Shown here: one piece after another, positions 1 through 9,955 of the stretch
Layout: each line of letters starts with the position of its first letter
Numbering within the stretch: position 1 is the first letter of the stretch
The notes under the pieces: model-generated
What the model was told of the DNA's origin: nothing
Databases searched by the model: none
The model's input: only the letters and a program-made list of their open reading frames with translations
Assembly (NCBI GenBank): GCA_007376265.1
Contig: VMFW01000005.1
Location: 198-64,197, forward strand
Source of the DNA: Parcubacteria group bacterium Gr01-1014_20
Lineage (GTDB): Bacteria > Patescibacteriota > Minisyncoccia > UBA6257 > 2-01-FULL-56-20
Length of the DNA stretch: 64,000 bases
Direction: 5' to 3'
Made by a program: the position numbers and the translations under genes

Positions 1-648
1 GTCGTCAAAGCTTTTTATGAGCCATTCTTTAAGGGGTGGGAGAGTGGCCACGTAGGTGTCGAAAAGGGCGTCTAGAGTTTTTTCGTATTCATCGAGCAAG
101 CCCAGTTTTTCTAAGTCAGGCTTGGGGGTGTAGTAGAGATAGTGGTTGCCAACCTTGTTGCCAAAATTAACGTAGCGGGTGGATTTTTCGATGGGCTCCA
201 AGCCAATGCGACGGTCTTCTAAGAATTTCATGGCGACCTGAGAGATGCCCCAGAAGACCACGTGGGTGCCGGTCATCTGGGCGATTGAATCATCACCGTA
301 CTGTGAGAGCCACTTGGCGTAAAAAGATTGGGCACGCTGGTTATTCAAAATGTTTTTGAAACCGTGGCCTCGGAAAAACTTAACGGTCTCTTCGAGTTCG
401 GAGGCGAGGATTTTGTCCTCACCGTCAACGATTGGGTAGATGTATTCATCAAGGAGAACTCGAAGGAGTGAGTTTTTGGCGCGAGAAGCGCGAGAACAGA
501 GGGCACCCACTATTTCAGGAGGAAGGTTAGAGATGGCGGAAATTAAGCCCTTGGGGTTTGAGACAAAGGGTTCTAGATAATGGAGGTCACGTTCGGAGAA
601 ATCTTCGGCTGGGAATTGGGGTGCGTATTTTTCGAGTTCGGGAGTCAT
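1..648 (-). CDS. thyX: FAD-dependent thymidylate synthase ThyX, long form (partial, runs off window start)
   Basis: Not in ORF track. Manual translation from ATG at 648: MTPELEKYAPQFPAEDF...ALCSRASR...WLSQYGDDSIAQ...LEDRRIGLEPIEKSTRYVNF; YGDDSIAQ and EKSTRY motifs are typical of long ThyX; open to window edge. Confidence 0.85.
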   Translation of the reverse strand, partial: MTPELEKYAPQFPAEDFSERDLHYLEPFVSNPKGLISAISNLPPEIVGALCSRASRAKNSLLRVLLDEYIYPIVDGEDKILASELEETVKFFRGHGFKNILNNQRAQSFYAKWLSQYGDDSIAQMTGTHVVFWGISQVAMKFLEDRRIGLEPIEKSTRYVNFGNKVGNHYLYYTPKPDLEKLGLLDEYEKTLDALFDTYVATLPPLKEWLIKSFDD

Positions 649-668
649 ACCAATAAGTCTAAACTCAT

Positions 669-697
669 TTGACAAAATGACGAAAACAAAACAAAAT
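669..697 (+). promoter_or_regulatory. sigma70-type promoter (TTGACA-17-CAAAAT) of ORF 736
   Basis: TTGACA 669-674, 17-nt spacer, CAAAAT 692-697; part of a 45-bp block repeated at 1174-1218. Confidence 0.6.
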
Positions 698-735
698 ATG
701 GACAGTTTTTTAATCAATCAACCTGGAGGTGGGTC

Positions 736-1050
736 GTGGCAGAGCAAGGAAACTTGGAAGATCTAGTCAGAAAAGCGGTCCAAGAAAAACGTCCGTGCAA
801 AATAAAAGTGCGGAGCAATGCCGAGGCGGAAAGAGGTCGAGGATTGGTTCAAAGTTTTTCAAGCCCCGGCGCAGATTACTCGGGAATAATCTTTGAGATT
901 GCGGACATTGGGGTGGATGTAGCCGCTAGCGTGGCGACTGATCCAGACCTACTTGACGGCGTGCTTGAGGTTGGAGGAAACATCCTCGAGGGCGCGGCCG
1001 AGATTGGCGGAGCTATGCTTGAGTGGATTGGCGATGCGGCTTCAAGTTGA
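736..1050 (+). CDS. hypothetical protein with Gly-rich amphipathic C-terminus
   Basis: 104 aa ORF, GGAGGT SD before GTG, promoter upstream and terminator downstream. Confidence 0.7.
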   Translation: MAEQGNLEDLVRKAVQEKRPCKIKVRSNAEAERGRGLVQSFSSPGADYSGIIFEIADIGVDVAASVATDPDLLDGVLEVGGNILEGAAEIGGAMLEWIGDAASS

Positions 1051-1091
1051 TTGAATGAATCATTGAGCGTAGTTTAAAATCTAAACGAAGG

Positions 1092-1117
1092 GCCGCTACG
1101 AAAGTAGCGGCTTTTTT
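1092..1117 (+). terminator. intrinsic terminator
   Basis: GCCGCTAC-GAAA-GTAGCGGC followed by TTTTTT. Confidence 0.9.
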
Positions 1118-1175
1118 ATTTTGTAACTTTTTTTGGATAGGGACGTACGACTTAGGGTAGAAACAAAAAAGCTAT

Positions 1176-1204
1176 TTGACAAAATGATGAAAAGAAAATA
1201 GAAT
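1176..1204 (+). promoter_or_regulatory. sigma70-type promoter (TTGACA-17-TAGAAT) of rlpA
   Basis: TTGACA 1176-1181, 17-nt spacer, TAGAAT 1199-1204. Confidence 0.8.
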
Positions 1205-1328
1205 ATGGGCAGTTTTTTGAATTTATAGATGCAGTCGTGGGACGTGTTCGCTGGTGAACGTGTTCTCACTTTAGGATTGATCGGTCCGCGATTTTTGTCT
1301 TACGGCGGGCTCTGGAAGGGAGAAGACA

Positions 1329-1808
1329 ATGAAGGAAATCATGGTATTGCTTTTGGGACTCACAATCACATTTTTTGCGAAAGATGTTAGTCCCAAGGGT
1401 GAAGACGATACCGAGTTTCAAGTTCAAAACACTCACACCGAGAGAAAGGTGACGGAGGTTTTAAACACCGGAATATCTGAAGCCGAGGTAATGGTGGCCT
1501 CTTGGTACGGTAAACCGTTTCATGGCCGACTTACGGCGAACGGTGAGAAGTACGACATGTATGGGATCTCAGCGGCTCATAAGTCTTTGCCATTAGGAGC
1601 TAAACTGAGAGTCACCAACCTAGCCAACGGATACTCCATCGACACGCTCCCGGTCAATGATCGGGGACCCTACATTGACGGCCGAGATCTTGATTTGTCC
1701 TTTCGGGCTGCGTCAGAGCTCGGATTTGTCTACGATGGACTAGCGAAACTTTTGGTTGAGATTATCTATCTTCCGCCTACTCCCAAAAAACGAAGCCCCG
1801 CAACTTAA
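1329..1808 (+). CDS. rlpA: RlpA-family lytic transglycosylase (DPBB domain), exported
   Basis: ASWYGKPFHGRLTANGE, AAHKSLPLG and VNDRGPY..GRDLDLS motifs; N-terminal signal-like segment. Confidence 0.92.
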   Translation: MKEIMVLLLGLTITFFAKDVSPKGEDDTEFQVQNTHTERKVTEVLNTGISEAEVMVASWYGKPFHGRLTANGEKYDMYGISAAHKSLPLGAKLRVTNLANGYSIDTLPVNDRGPYIDGRDLDLSFRAASELGFVYDGLAKLLVEIIYLPPTPKKRSPAT

Positions 1809-1820
1809 GCGGGGCTTTTT
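1793..1820. terminator. hairpin terminator between convergent genes, probably bidirectional
   Basis: AAGCCCCGC-AACTTAA-GCGGGGCTT then T-tract. Confidence 0.8.
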
Positions 1821-2319
1821 ATTTTTTTAACCTTTTGGTTTTGGCGGGGCTAGTTCTTCGAGGACCGCAGTTGGGGTCGAGAATCTCGATCAGGTAATAA
1901 CGGCCGTTGTCTTTGAAGAATGAGAGGAGCCAATCTCGATTGCCTGACACCTCACACGTTATGTAAGATGAATCGATGTACCAGCGTAAGTTTCTGGTTT
2001 GGAGTTTGTGCTTTAAGTCAGCGATCTTGTCTGGATGACAGAGGATGCTCATGCCATGGTTAATCTGGACGATCAAGCCGGGCTTGTCGACATAGAAAGC
2101 GAGCATCCCACCATTCATACCCAGCCTTATCATGCCGGTGTCGAGCAGGAACTCGCCAAACTTTTTTTCATCCCAGTTTTCGAGAACGAAAAGCATGGAA
2201 TCGATGACGGCTTTGGCTTCGGTGGAGTCAGGAATGTTTTTCGGATTTTCTTTGGCCACAGCCTTGGCGGAGATTGCAAGCAGAACAAGAATCGTGGCAA
2301 AACACGTTACTTTTTTCAC
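1819..2319 (-). CDS. hypothetical secreted protein
   Basis: 166 aa, signal-peptide-like N-terminus, AAGGAGG SD before GTG. Confidence 0.75.
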   Translation of the reverse strand: MKKVTCFATILVLLAISAKAVAKENPKNIPDSTEAKAVIDSMLFVLENWDEKKFGEFLLDTGMIRLGMNGGMLAFYVDKPGLIVQINHGMSILCHPDKIADLKHKLQTRNLRWYIDSSYITCEVSGNRDWLLSFFKDNGRYYLIEILDPNCGPRRTSPAKTKRLKK

Positions 2320-2347
2320 ATCGCCTCCTTTTAAAGGGTCTGGGATA

Positions 2348-2376
2348 AGTCTAGGGCGTTTTGAGCTTTAGAGTCA
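2348..2376 (-). promoter_or_regulatory. sigma70-type promoter (TTGACT-17-TAGACT)
   Basis: Minus strand TTGACT 2376-2371 and TAGACT 2353-2348. Confidence 0.7.
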
Positions 2377-2410
2377 AGAACTCGTAGTTTTCAGAGAGTA
2401 TCGAAAGTGA

Positions 2411-2920
2411 TTTACAGAAAGCGAAAGGGCAGTAATACCCGAAGAAGGGCAGGTCACGGTTTTGAATACGGATTCTCTGAAGAGTAACGGCGAGGTAGAG
2501 ATTGTCTGCGGATTGAGGGTGCTCGAAGAAGAACCCCCAAGACTACAAAACCTCGATTCGCTGTTCTCCTCTACCAAAGAAGATCGAGAGGCTTTCCGCC
2601 GATTTCTAGACGAGGCCATAGTGCTCGAGAGTTGGGCCTGCTTCGGATCACCAGATGCCTACAGCAAGGAAAATCAGGCTAAGGCGGTAATCACTTATTG
2701 CTATCACGGTGAGCCTTCTTTTGAGATTATAAGGCGACTCAAGGCGGCGACCGCCAAGCGGAATGTTCTTTACATGACCGAAAGAGTTGGCGAAGATGAA
2801 CGGGAGCAGTATGTGATTCGTGAGACTGGTCGGGGTTGCAAGCACTCTCTCTATTACTCGCTTGACATGTCGACCAGAGAACTTGGAGAAGCCCTAGATC
2901 AGTTACGAAAAAAGCAATAA
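2411..2920 (+). pseudogene. hypothetical protein, probably 5'-truncated remnant (ORF track start 2462 TTG)
   Basis: Frame open from 2411 with in-frame TGA at 2408; no SD or promoter seen; has its own terminator. Confidence 0.45.
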
Positions 2921-2925
2921 CATCG

Positions 2926-2957
2926 ACGACGAAGAAACTCACTCTTCGTCGTTTTTT
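2926..2957 (+). terminator. intrinsic terminator
   Basis: ACGACGAAGA-loop-TCTTCGTCGT plus TTTTT. Confidence 0.8.
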
Positions 2958-2962
2958 ATTGG

Positions 2963-2998
2963 AAAAAAATCCCCCGCTCGCAATTGCGAACGGGGGAT
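2963..2998 (-). terminator. intrinsic terminator of ORF 3004-3426
   Basis: Minus strand ATCCCCCGTTCGC-AATT-GCGAGCGGGGGAT plus T-tract. Confidence 0.8.
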
Positions 2999-3003
2999 AG
3001 GAA

Positions 3004-3426
3004 TTATTCGGACAAATCTGGAATAATACCGAGGAGCATGAGAAGACCATGAACGACTGAATCTCGAACAGGCATTACGGCCAAGAAACGAGGACCTTCT
3101 CGAAGCACATAGTCTGCGTGTTCGCTCGAGACCTGGTCGTTATAACCTAGGTGGAATTCCCTTTCGTAGATTCTCCCAGGATGAGGATTCGTGCAAGCCC
3201 GGAGTATAAAACTGTCCATCGGAAACTGATGAACGCCAGTTTTTAATTCGGGTGGTCGGCCACCTGCAGCGAGTGTGAACGAAAGAGCGACAGCTCCTGT
3301 TTCGGACGACATGAAAAGCTCTCGTCTGACGGCATTATGAACCCGGAAGTAATGCCTTGTTGTCCGAGTCCCGATGGTTCGTTCGAGACTGCAGAAAAGC
3401 GGGTGACTGGAACTAACGGTAGCCAT
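3004..3426 (-). CDS. hypothetical protein
   Basis: 140 aa, AAGGAGGAG SD before ATG, consensus promoter and terminator. Confidence 0.75.
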   Translation of the reverse strand: MATVSSSHPLFCSLERTIGTRTTRHYFRVHNAVRRELFMSSETGAVALSFTLAAGGRPPELKTGVHQFPMDSFILRACTNPHPGRIYEREFHLGYNDQVSSEHADYVLREGPRFLAVMPVRDSVVHGLLMLLGIIPDLSE

Positions 3427-3496
3427 GATACTCCTCCTTGTGGTTCACGGCCGTTAACTTGGAAATGAGGCTTTTTGGCCTCGTTGACTATCGACC

Positions 3497-3525
3497 ATTA
3501 TATGCTAATTATCTATTTTTGTCAA
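3497..3525 (-). promoter_or_regulatory. perfect consensus sigma70 promoter (TTGACA-17-TATAAT)
   Basis: Minus strand TTGACA 3525-3520 and TATAAT 3502-3497. Confidence 0.9.
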
Positions 3526-3539
3526 ATAAGTTGCCGGCT

Positions 3540-3564
3540 AAAAATCCCGCATATAAGCGGGATT
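3540..3564 (-). terminator. groESL terminator
   Basis: AATCCCGC-6 nt-GCGGGATT hairpin with T-tract on minus strand, downstream of groEL. Confidence 0.7.
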
Positions 3565-3633
3565 CTTATTTTAATGTATCCGCTCGCCGTACTGGCTCAG
3601 GATAACATTTATAAAAGCTAGCTTTTATAAATG

Positions 3634-5587
<1,954 letters not shown>

Positions 5588-5601
5588 TGATTTTTATTAA
5601 A

Positions 5602-5628
5602 TTAGCACTCCCGACCAAGGAGTGCTAA
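5602..5628. promoter_or_regulatory. CIRCE element (HrcA operator)
   Basis: Exact TTAGCACTC-N9-GAGTGCTAA upstream of groES. Confidence 0.97.
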
Positions 5629-5630
5629 TC

Positions 5631-5659
5631 AGTTTAGTTGGCTAACCGAACCTTGTCAA
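5631..5659 (-). promoter_or_regulatory. groESL promoter (TTGACA-17-TAAACT)
   Basis: Minus strand TTGACA 5659-5654 and TAAACT 5636-5631, just upstream of CIRCE. Confidence 0.8.
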
Positions 5660-5695
5660 GGCGGGTTTATTTTGACTTGTTTAACTCGTCGTAGA

Positions 5696-5726
5696 CCCCC
5701 ACGACTTAAGGATTTAAGTGTGGGGG
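5696..5726. repeat. intergenic palindrome CCCCCAC-GACTTAA...TTAAGT-GTGGGGG
   Basis: Near-perfect inverted repeat downstream of trxB-like gene, no U-tract. Confidence 0.5.
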
Positions 5727-5748
5727 CAAGTATTTAAAACTTGAAGGT

Positions 5749-6672
5749 TTAGTTTTTCGTCCGGTTTAGTTCTTCATAAATATTGAGGACTGCCTTCACC
5801 GCATCACCAGCCGAGATGTTGTTCTGCTTGTAGAGGACGTCGGTGGCATCCCCTGCCGCCCAGATACCCGGCACGGAGGTTTTTTGATTTTTGGGATCGG
5901 TCGTAATCTCTCCAAATTTATTTAGCTCGACAAAACCTTTTACAAACTCGGTGTTGGGAGTGATGCCAATTTCGACAAATATGCCTTCGACGGCAAGTTC
6001 CTTGGTTTCGTTATTTTTTCGATCGAGATACTTAACGCCCGTAACATTTTCCTTGCCCAAAATTTCCAAGGTCTGGGCCATGGTGATGATTTCGACTTTC
6101 GGGTTGGTTTTAATTTTTTCCTGGGTGACAGGATCAGCTTTGAGGCTATCAGAGAATTCTAAAACGTAAATTTTTGGAGCATAGGGCAAGAGATCAATGA
6201 CTGCCTCAAGGCCAGCATTGCCGCCGCCTACAACGGCGACGGTCTTTCCGCCAAAAAGAGGCGCGTCACAGATTGAACAGTAAGCCACACCCTTTCCTTC
6301 ATGTTCATTTTCACCCGGGATACCCAAGCGTCGCCGGCGGGAACCCGAGGTGACCAAAATATACTTAGTTTCGAGCGCTTTGCCGTTTTTGGTTGAAACT
6401 TTGAAGCCCGTAGGGGTTTTCCCCACTTCCATGACTAAATCGCCATCGAAGATCTCTATCTCTGCCTGAGCCCTGAGGTGAGATTCAAGGTTTTGGCCAA
6501 GATCAAAGCCCGAGATGGACTTGGTGCCAATCCAGTTTTGAACATCAGCGGAAACCAAAGACTGGCCACCAAAAGTCTCAGTGATTAAAGCGGTTTTAAT
6601 CTTTTTCCTTGCGGCATAGACACCGGCGGCCACACCGCCCGGTCCACCGCCAATAATTAAAAGCTCGTACAT
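5749..6672 (-). CDS. trxB: thioredoxin reductase / AhpF C-terminal-like FAD-dependent disulfide reductase
   Basis: IIGGGPGG, GKGVAYCSICDA (CxxC), VVGGGNAG, TSVPGIWAAGD. Confidence 0.9.
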   Translation of the reverse strand: MYELLIIGGGPGGVAAGVYAARKKIKTALITETFGGQSLVSADVQNWIGTKSISGFDLGQNLESHLRAQAEIEIFDGDLVMEVGKTPTGFKVSTKNGKALETKYILVTSGSRRRRLGIPGENEHEGKGVAYCSICDAPLFGGKTVAVVGGGNAGLEAVIDLLPYAPKIYVLEFSDSLKADPVTQEKIKTNPKVEIITMAQTLEILGKENVTGVKYLDRKNNETKELAVEGIFVEIGITPNTEFVKGFVELNKFGEITTDPKNQKTSVPGIWAAGDATDVLYKQNNISAGDAVKAVLNIYEELNRTKN

Positions 6673-6690
6673 GGGGTTATGAATAATGAA

Positions 6691-6873
6691 TTAGGAATTA
6701 GGAGGGGTAGTGGATTTTTCTTTGCCGAAGACGGCCCAGAGGTTGATTAAGAAAATGATCGTGCCAACGATAACGTTGCTCCACTTCATGATCGAGATGC
6801 TCGAAAAACCTAAAACCCACGGCGAGATGACAAGCCAAAAACCCAAGAAAAGTTGAACTCTTTTTTGACTCAT
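6691..6873 (-). CDS. SPW-repeat small membrane protein
   Basis: LGFWLVISPWVLGF motif, two hydrophobic helices. Confidence 0.8.
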   Translation of the reverse strand: MSQKRVQLFLGFWLVISPWVLGFSSISIMKWSNVIVGTIIFLINLWAVFGKEKSTTPPNS

Positions 6874-6905
6874 TCAAGTATTATAGGGCAAAAAAATTCG
6901 GCGTC

Positions 6906-6945
6906 AAAAAAATACTCCCCGACTATGGGTCAGGGGGTATTTTTT
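6906..6945. terminator. intrinsic terminator
   Basis: AAAAAATACTCCCCGAC-TATGG-GTCAGGGGGTATTTTTT hairpin flanked by A and T tracts. Confidence 0.75.
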
Positions 6946-6948
6946 CTC

Positions 6949-7116
6949 TTAACGTCTGGCTTGTTTTTGATTTTTCCAGCAATCTAGGCAAAGAAGACGG
7001 TTGAGGCGATTGGGGTCTGGTTCAAATGGGAGCTGCGTGATTTTATTACCGCAATTTGAGCATTTCCAATCTCCTTGATACTTTTTTTTCTCTTCGGGGT
7101 TGTTTTGGTAATCCAT
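6949..7116 (-). CDS. small zinc-ribbon protein (CxxC-x17-CxxC-like), 55 aa
   Basis: Below ORF-track cutoff. Manual translation MDYQNNPEEKKKYQGDWKCSNCGNKITQLPFEPDPNRLNRLLCLDCWKNQKQARR. Confidence 0.85.
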   Translation of the reverse strand: MDYQNNPEEKKKYQGDWKCSNCGNKITQLPFEPDPNRLNRLLCLDCWKNQKQARR

Positions 7117-7142
7117 TGTTATTTTAAAATTTCGCCCTTTTA

Positions 7143-7847
7143 TTATTTAAGCAGTTCGTCGATAACGCCTTTCAGGGATGGCCCAGCGGCGCTTTCAAAC
7201 TCAACAAAACCGTTGCCAACTTGCTCGCCGTTTATGAAAATGGCTGGAGTGCCTCTAACGCCGGCTGATCTCCCCTCGGCGGTATCGGTTTCAACTTGTT
7301 TGGCGTATTTATCCGCATCAAGACAACTAGTGAAGGAGGCGAGATTTAGCTTCAAGTCGGTGGCGATTTTTAGGAAAAGATCGCGGTTGAGGTTGCCGTT
7401 TTTCTCGGCTCCGTCTTTGTGTTCTGCTCGATAGAGCTCGTCGTGGTAAACCCAAAACTTGCTTTGGTCCTTAGCGCACTCGGCCGCTTCGGCGGCGGCA
7501 AAAGATTCTGGACCTATGAAAGCAAAATTCCGGTAAACCATCTTAACTTTTCCAGACTCGATGTACCCCTTTCTTAGTTTATCCTCAACTTCCGTGAAAA
7601 ACTTACCGCACCAAGGGCATTGATAGTCACCGTACTCGATAAGAGTAACGGGGGCCTTGGTGTCGCCCAATATGACGTCACGACTCGACACTTCAACCTT
7701 GCTTTTTACATCGCCAGCTAATGGAACCTGATTGCTGGTGTTTGCGGAATTTTTACTCCCGACCATGTAGATAATGGATCCGGAGATGAGGAGGGCGGCG
7801 ACCAAGATGCTTCCGGGGAGAAAAAAATCTTTTTTGTTGTTGTCCAT
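7143..7847 (-). CDS. DsbA/BdbD-family thiol-disulfide oxidoreductase, membrane anchored
   Basis: EYGDYQCPWC and GVRGTP motifs, N-terminal TM. Confidence 0.92.
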   Translation of the reverse strand: MDNNKKDFFLPGSILVAALLISGSIIYMVGSKNSANTSNQVPLAGDVKSKVEVSSRDVILGDTKAPVTLIEYGDYQCPWCGKFFTEVEDKLRKGYIESGKVKMVYRNFAFIGPESFAAAEAAECAKDQSKFWVYHDELYRAEHKDGAEKNGNLNRDLFLKIATDLKLNLASFTSCLDADKYAKQVETDTAEGRSAGVRGTPAIFINGEQVGNGFVEFESAAGPSLKGVIDELLK

Positions 7848-7917
7848 AGATTTGTGAATTTTATATTAGGCAACCCCAGGCTGTCAACAAAGGGGTTCGC
7901 AGGCTATACTTAGAGCT

Positions 7918-8508
7918 ATGATAGCGGCGACCATCGCGTGGCTCTTGGCTTATAGATATTGGGTGATCTTACCAGTGACGGTTTTTGAGGGACCGATCGC
8001 AATGGTGGTGTGTGGGTTTCTTTTGAAGTTGGGCTATTTTAGTTTGGTGCCGGTTTACTTTGTTTTGCTTCTTGGTGATTTGGTCGGTGATTTTTTTTGG
8101 TATGGGGTGGGTTACTATGGCGCGAGGCCGATTGTTCACCGATACGGCCATTTTATAAGCCTGAACGATAAAATGCTTGAAAAAATCGAGGACGTTTTTA
8201 AGAAAAATCAGAACAAAATACTTTTTATTTCGAAGATAACCATGGGCCTAGGATTTGCTCTCGTAACCTTAATTACCGCCGGAGCGATTCGGGTGCCACT
8301 TAAGAAATACGCGGCTATTAACATTGTGGGCGGGTTTATCTGGACAGCGTTTTTGCTTAGCCTGGGGTATTGGTTTGGAAATATTTACTTACAAATCGAC
8401 CAGACATTCCAGGTGATATTCTTGGTTGCAATAGCGAGTATTTTATTACTGGCTATTTTCGGGTTTAGAAAATACATCCGACAAAGGGTAATTGAGGACA
8501 AAATATGA
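7918..8508 (+). CDS. DedA-family membrane protein
   Basis: FEGP, GDLVGDFFWYGVG, TAGA, FIW..FLLSLGY pattern. Confidence 0.85.
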   Translation: MIAATIAWLLAYRYWVILPVTVFEGPIAMVVCGFLLKLGYFSLVPVYFVLLLGDLVGDFFWYGVGYYGARPIVHRYGHFISLNDKMLEKIEDVFKKNQNKILFISKITMGLGFALVTLITAGAIRVPLKKYAAINIVGGFIWTAFLLSLGYWFGNIYLQIDQTFQVIFLVAIASILLLAIFGFRKYIRQRVIEDKI

Positions 8509-9224
8509 TCTCGATAATTATTCCAACTTTAAACGAAGAGGGGGTCATCAGTAGAACGATCCGAAAACTTAAGGAGGGACTTGGGGCAGTTCCACACGAA
8601 ATTATTGTCTCGGATGGCGGGAGTAAGGACAAAACAGCTCGAATTGCCGAGGGTCTGGGGGTGAAAGTTTTTGTCGACCCAAAACCGGGGACTATCGCCA
8701 AAGGAAGAAACGAGGGAGCAAAGAGAGCGGCGGGCGCGTACCTGGTTTTTCTCGATGCAGATGTTTTCATTCCAGATCCGGAGGGATTTTTCAAAAGATT
8801 GATTGGGGTTTTTGAATCAAAGTCGGAGGTGGTAGCCGCGACGGTTGGGATAAGAGTCCTTCGGGAGCTGGAAACCCGGATGGACAGACTAGTCTTCTCC
8901 TCGCTTAACCTTTTCCATTTAATTTCTAACAACATTTTTAATTTTGGGAGGGCGGCGGGGGAATTTCAGATGATTCGGTCTCGTGTCTTTAAAGAACTAG
9001 GGGGCTACCGAGAAGATTTAGCGGCAAGCGAAGACTATGATTTATTTTCTCGCTTATCGAAGGTGGGGAGAGTTCTATTCGTTCGAGGCCTTACGGTTTA
9101 TCATACTGGCAGACGGGCACATAAAATCGGTTGGCCAAGATTGCTCCTCGAATGGTCACGCAACGCTTTTATGGTTACCTTTTTCAAGCGGTCGCATAGC
9201 AAAAAATGGGAAGTAGTCCGTTAA
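8505..9224 (+). CDS. glycosyltransferase family 2
   Basis: SIIIPTLNEE, SDGGSKD, RNEGA, FLDAD, SEDYDL. Confidence 0.92.
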   Translation: MISIIIPTLNEEGVISRTIRKLKEGLGAVPHEIIVSDGGSKDKTARIAEGLGVKVFVDPKPGTIAKGRNEGAKRAAGAYLVFLDADVFIPDPEGFFKRLIGVFESKSEVVAATVGIRVLRELETRMDRLVFSSLNLFHLISNNIFNFGRAAGEFQMIRSRVFKELGGYREDLAASEDYDLFSRLSKVGRVLFVRGLTVYHTGRRAHKIGWPRLLLEWSRNAFMVTFFKRSHSKKWEVVR

Positions 9225-9226
9225 AC

Positions 9227-9955
9227 ATGGGGGTTTCGATAGTCATTCCGGCTTTAAACGAAAAAAGGCAGCTGCCGGTTTTGCTCAACTCGATATTTTC
9301 ATGTCGAGACTTAGAGATAGAAGTGATTGTGGTGGATGGCAAATCCGAGGATGGAACACTTATGATGGTCGATGAGATGAGAGGAAGGGCACCGAAGAAT
9401 GTAACAGTTAAAAGTTTGATTAGTGATAAACGGAATGTTTCCTATCAAAGAAACATGGGGGCAGAGGCGGCAAAGAGCGAGGTAATTATTTTTCTGGATG
9501 CGGATACGGCCGTTTACCCGGATGCCCTTAAGCGTCTCGTTCAACTCTTTGTGATTGGGGGGTATTCAGCAGCCTCCTCTAGATTCGAACCCCTAGAAAA
9601 AGACTGGAGAGCGACGGTTTATTACCTGATTTTGTACCTGTTTCATAAGATTATGGAGAGAATAAGCCCATATGCGGTTGGCTCTTGCATAATCACCCGA
9701 AAAGAAACTATAAATAGGTGCGGTGGATTTGACCCGACTATAAGGATAAACGAGGATGCTAACTTCGTTTCAAGGGCTAGAAAATGCGGGGGTTTCAAAA
9801 TATTCAATATTCCGGTTAAAGTTTCAAGTAGAAGGTTTAAGCAGCACGGATACTTCCGGATGGGCATGCAGTACATCTGGATTTTCCTTAAAAGAACTTT
9901 GTTTGGTGAAATCAGGGACGACAAAATTAAGTACGAATTTGGAAAATATGAATGA
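9227..9955 (+). CDS. glycosyltransferase family 2
   Basis: SIVIPALNE, VDGKSED, RNMGA, FLDAD, NED; start moved to ATG 9227 just after the upstream stop. Confidence 0.9.
   Translation: MGVSIVIPALNEKRQLPVLLNSIFSCRDLEIEVIVVDGKSEDGTLMMVDEMRGRAPKNVTVKSLISDKRNVSYQRNMGAEAAKSEVIIFLDADTAVYPDALKRLVQLFVIGGYSAASSRFEPLEKDWRATVYYLILYLFHKIMERISPYAVGSCIITRKETINRCGGFDPTIRINEDANFVSRARKCGGFKIFNIPVKVSSRRFKQHGYFRMGMQYIWIFLKRTLFGEIRDDKIKYEFGKYE

Noticed and set aside
2408-2410. In-frame TGA as a sign of genetic code 25 (TGA = Gly)
   Set aside because: Several genes end in TGA (e.g. 1050, 32773, 58987) and long genes have no internal TGA
660-3530. Integron cassette array
   Set aside because: No integrase, no attC-like RYYYAAC...GTTRRRY structures seen, and genes are in mixed orientation with their own promoters
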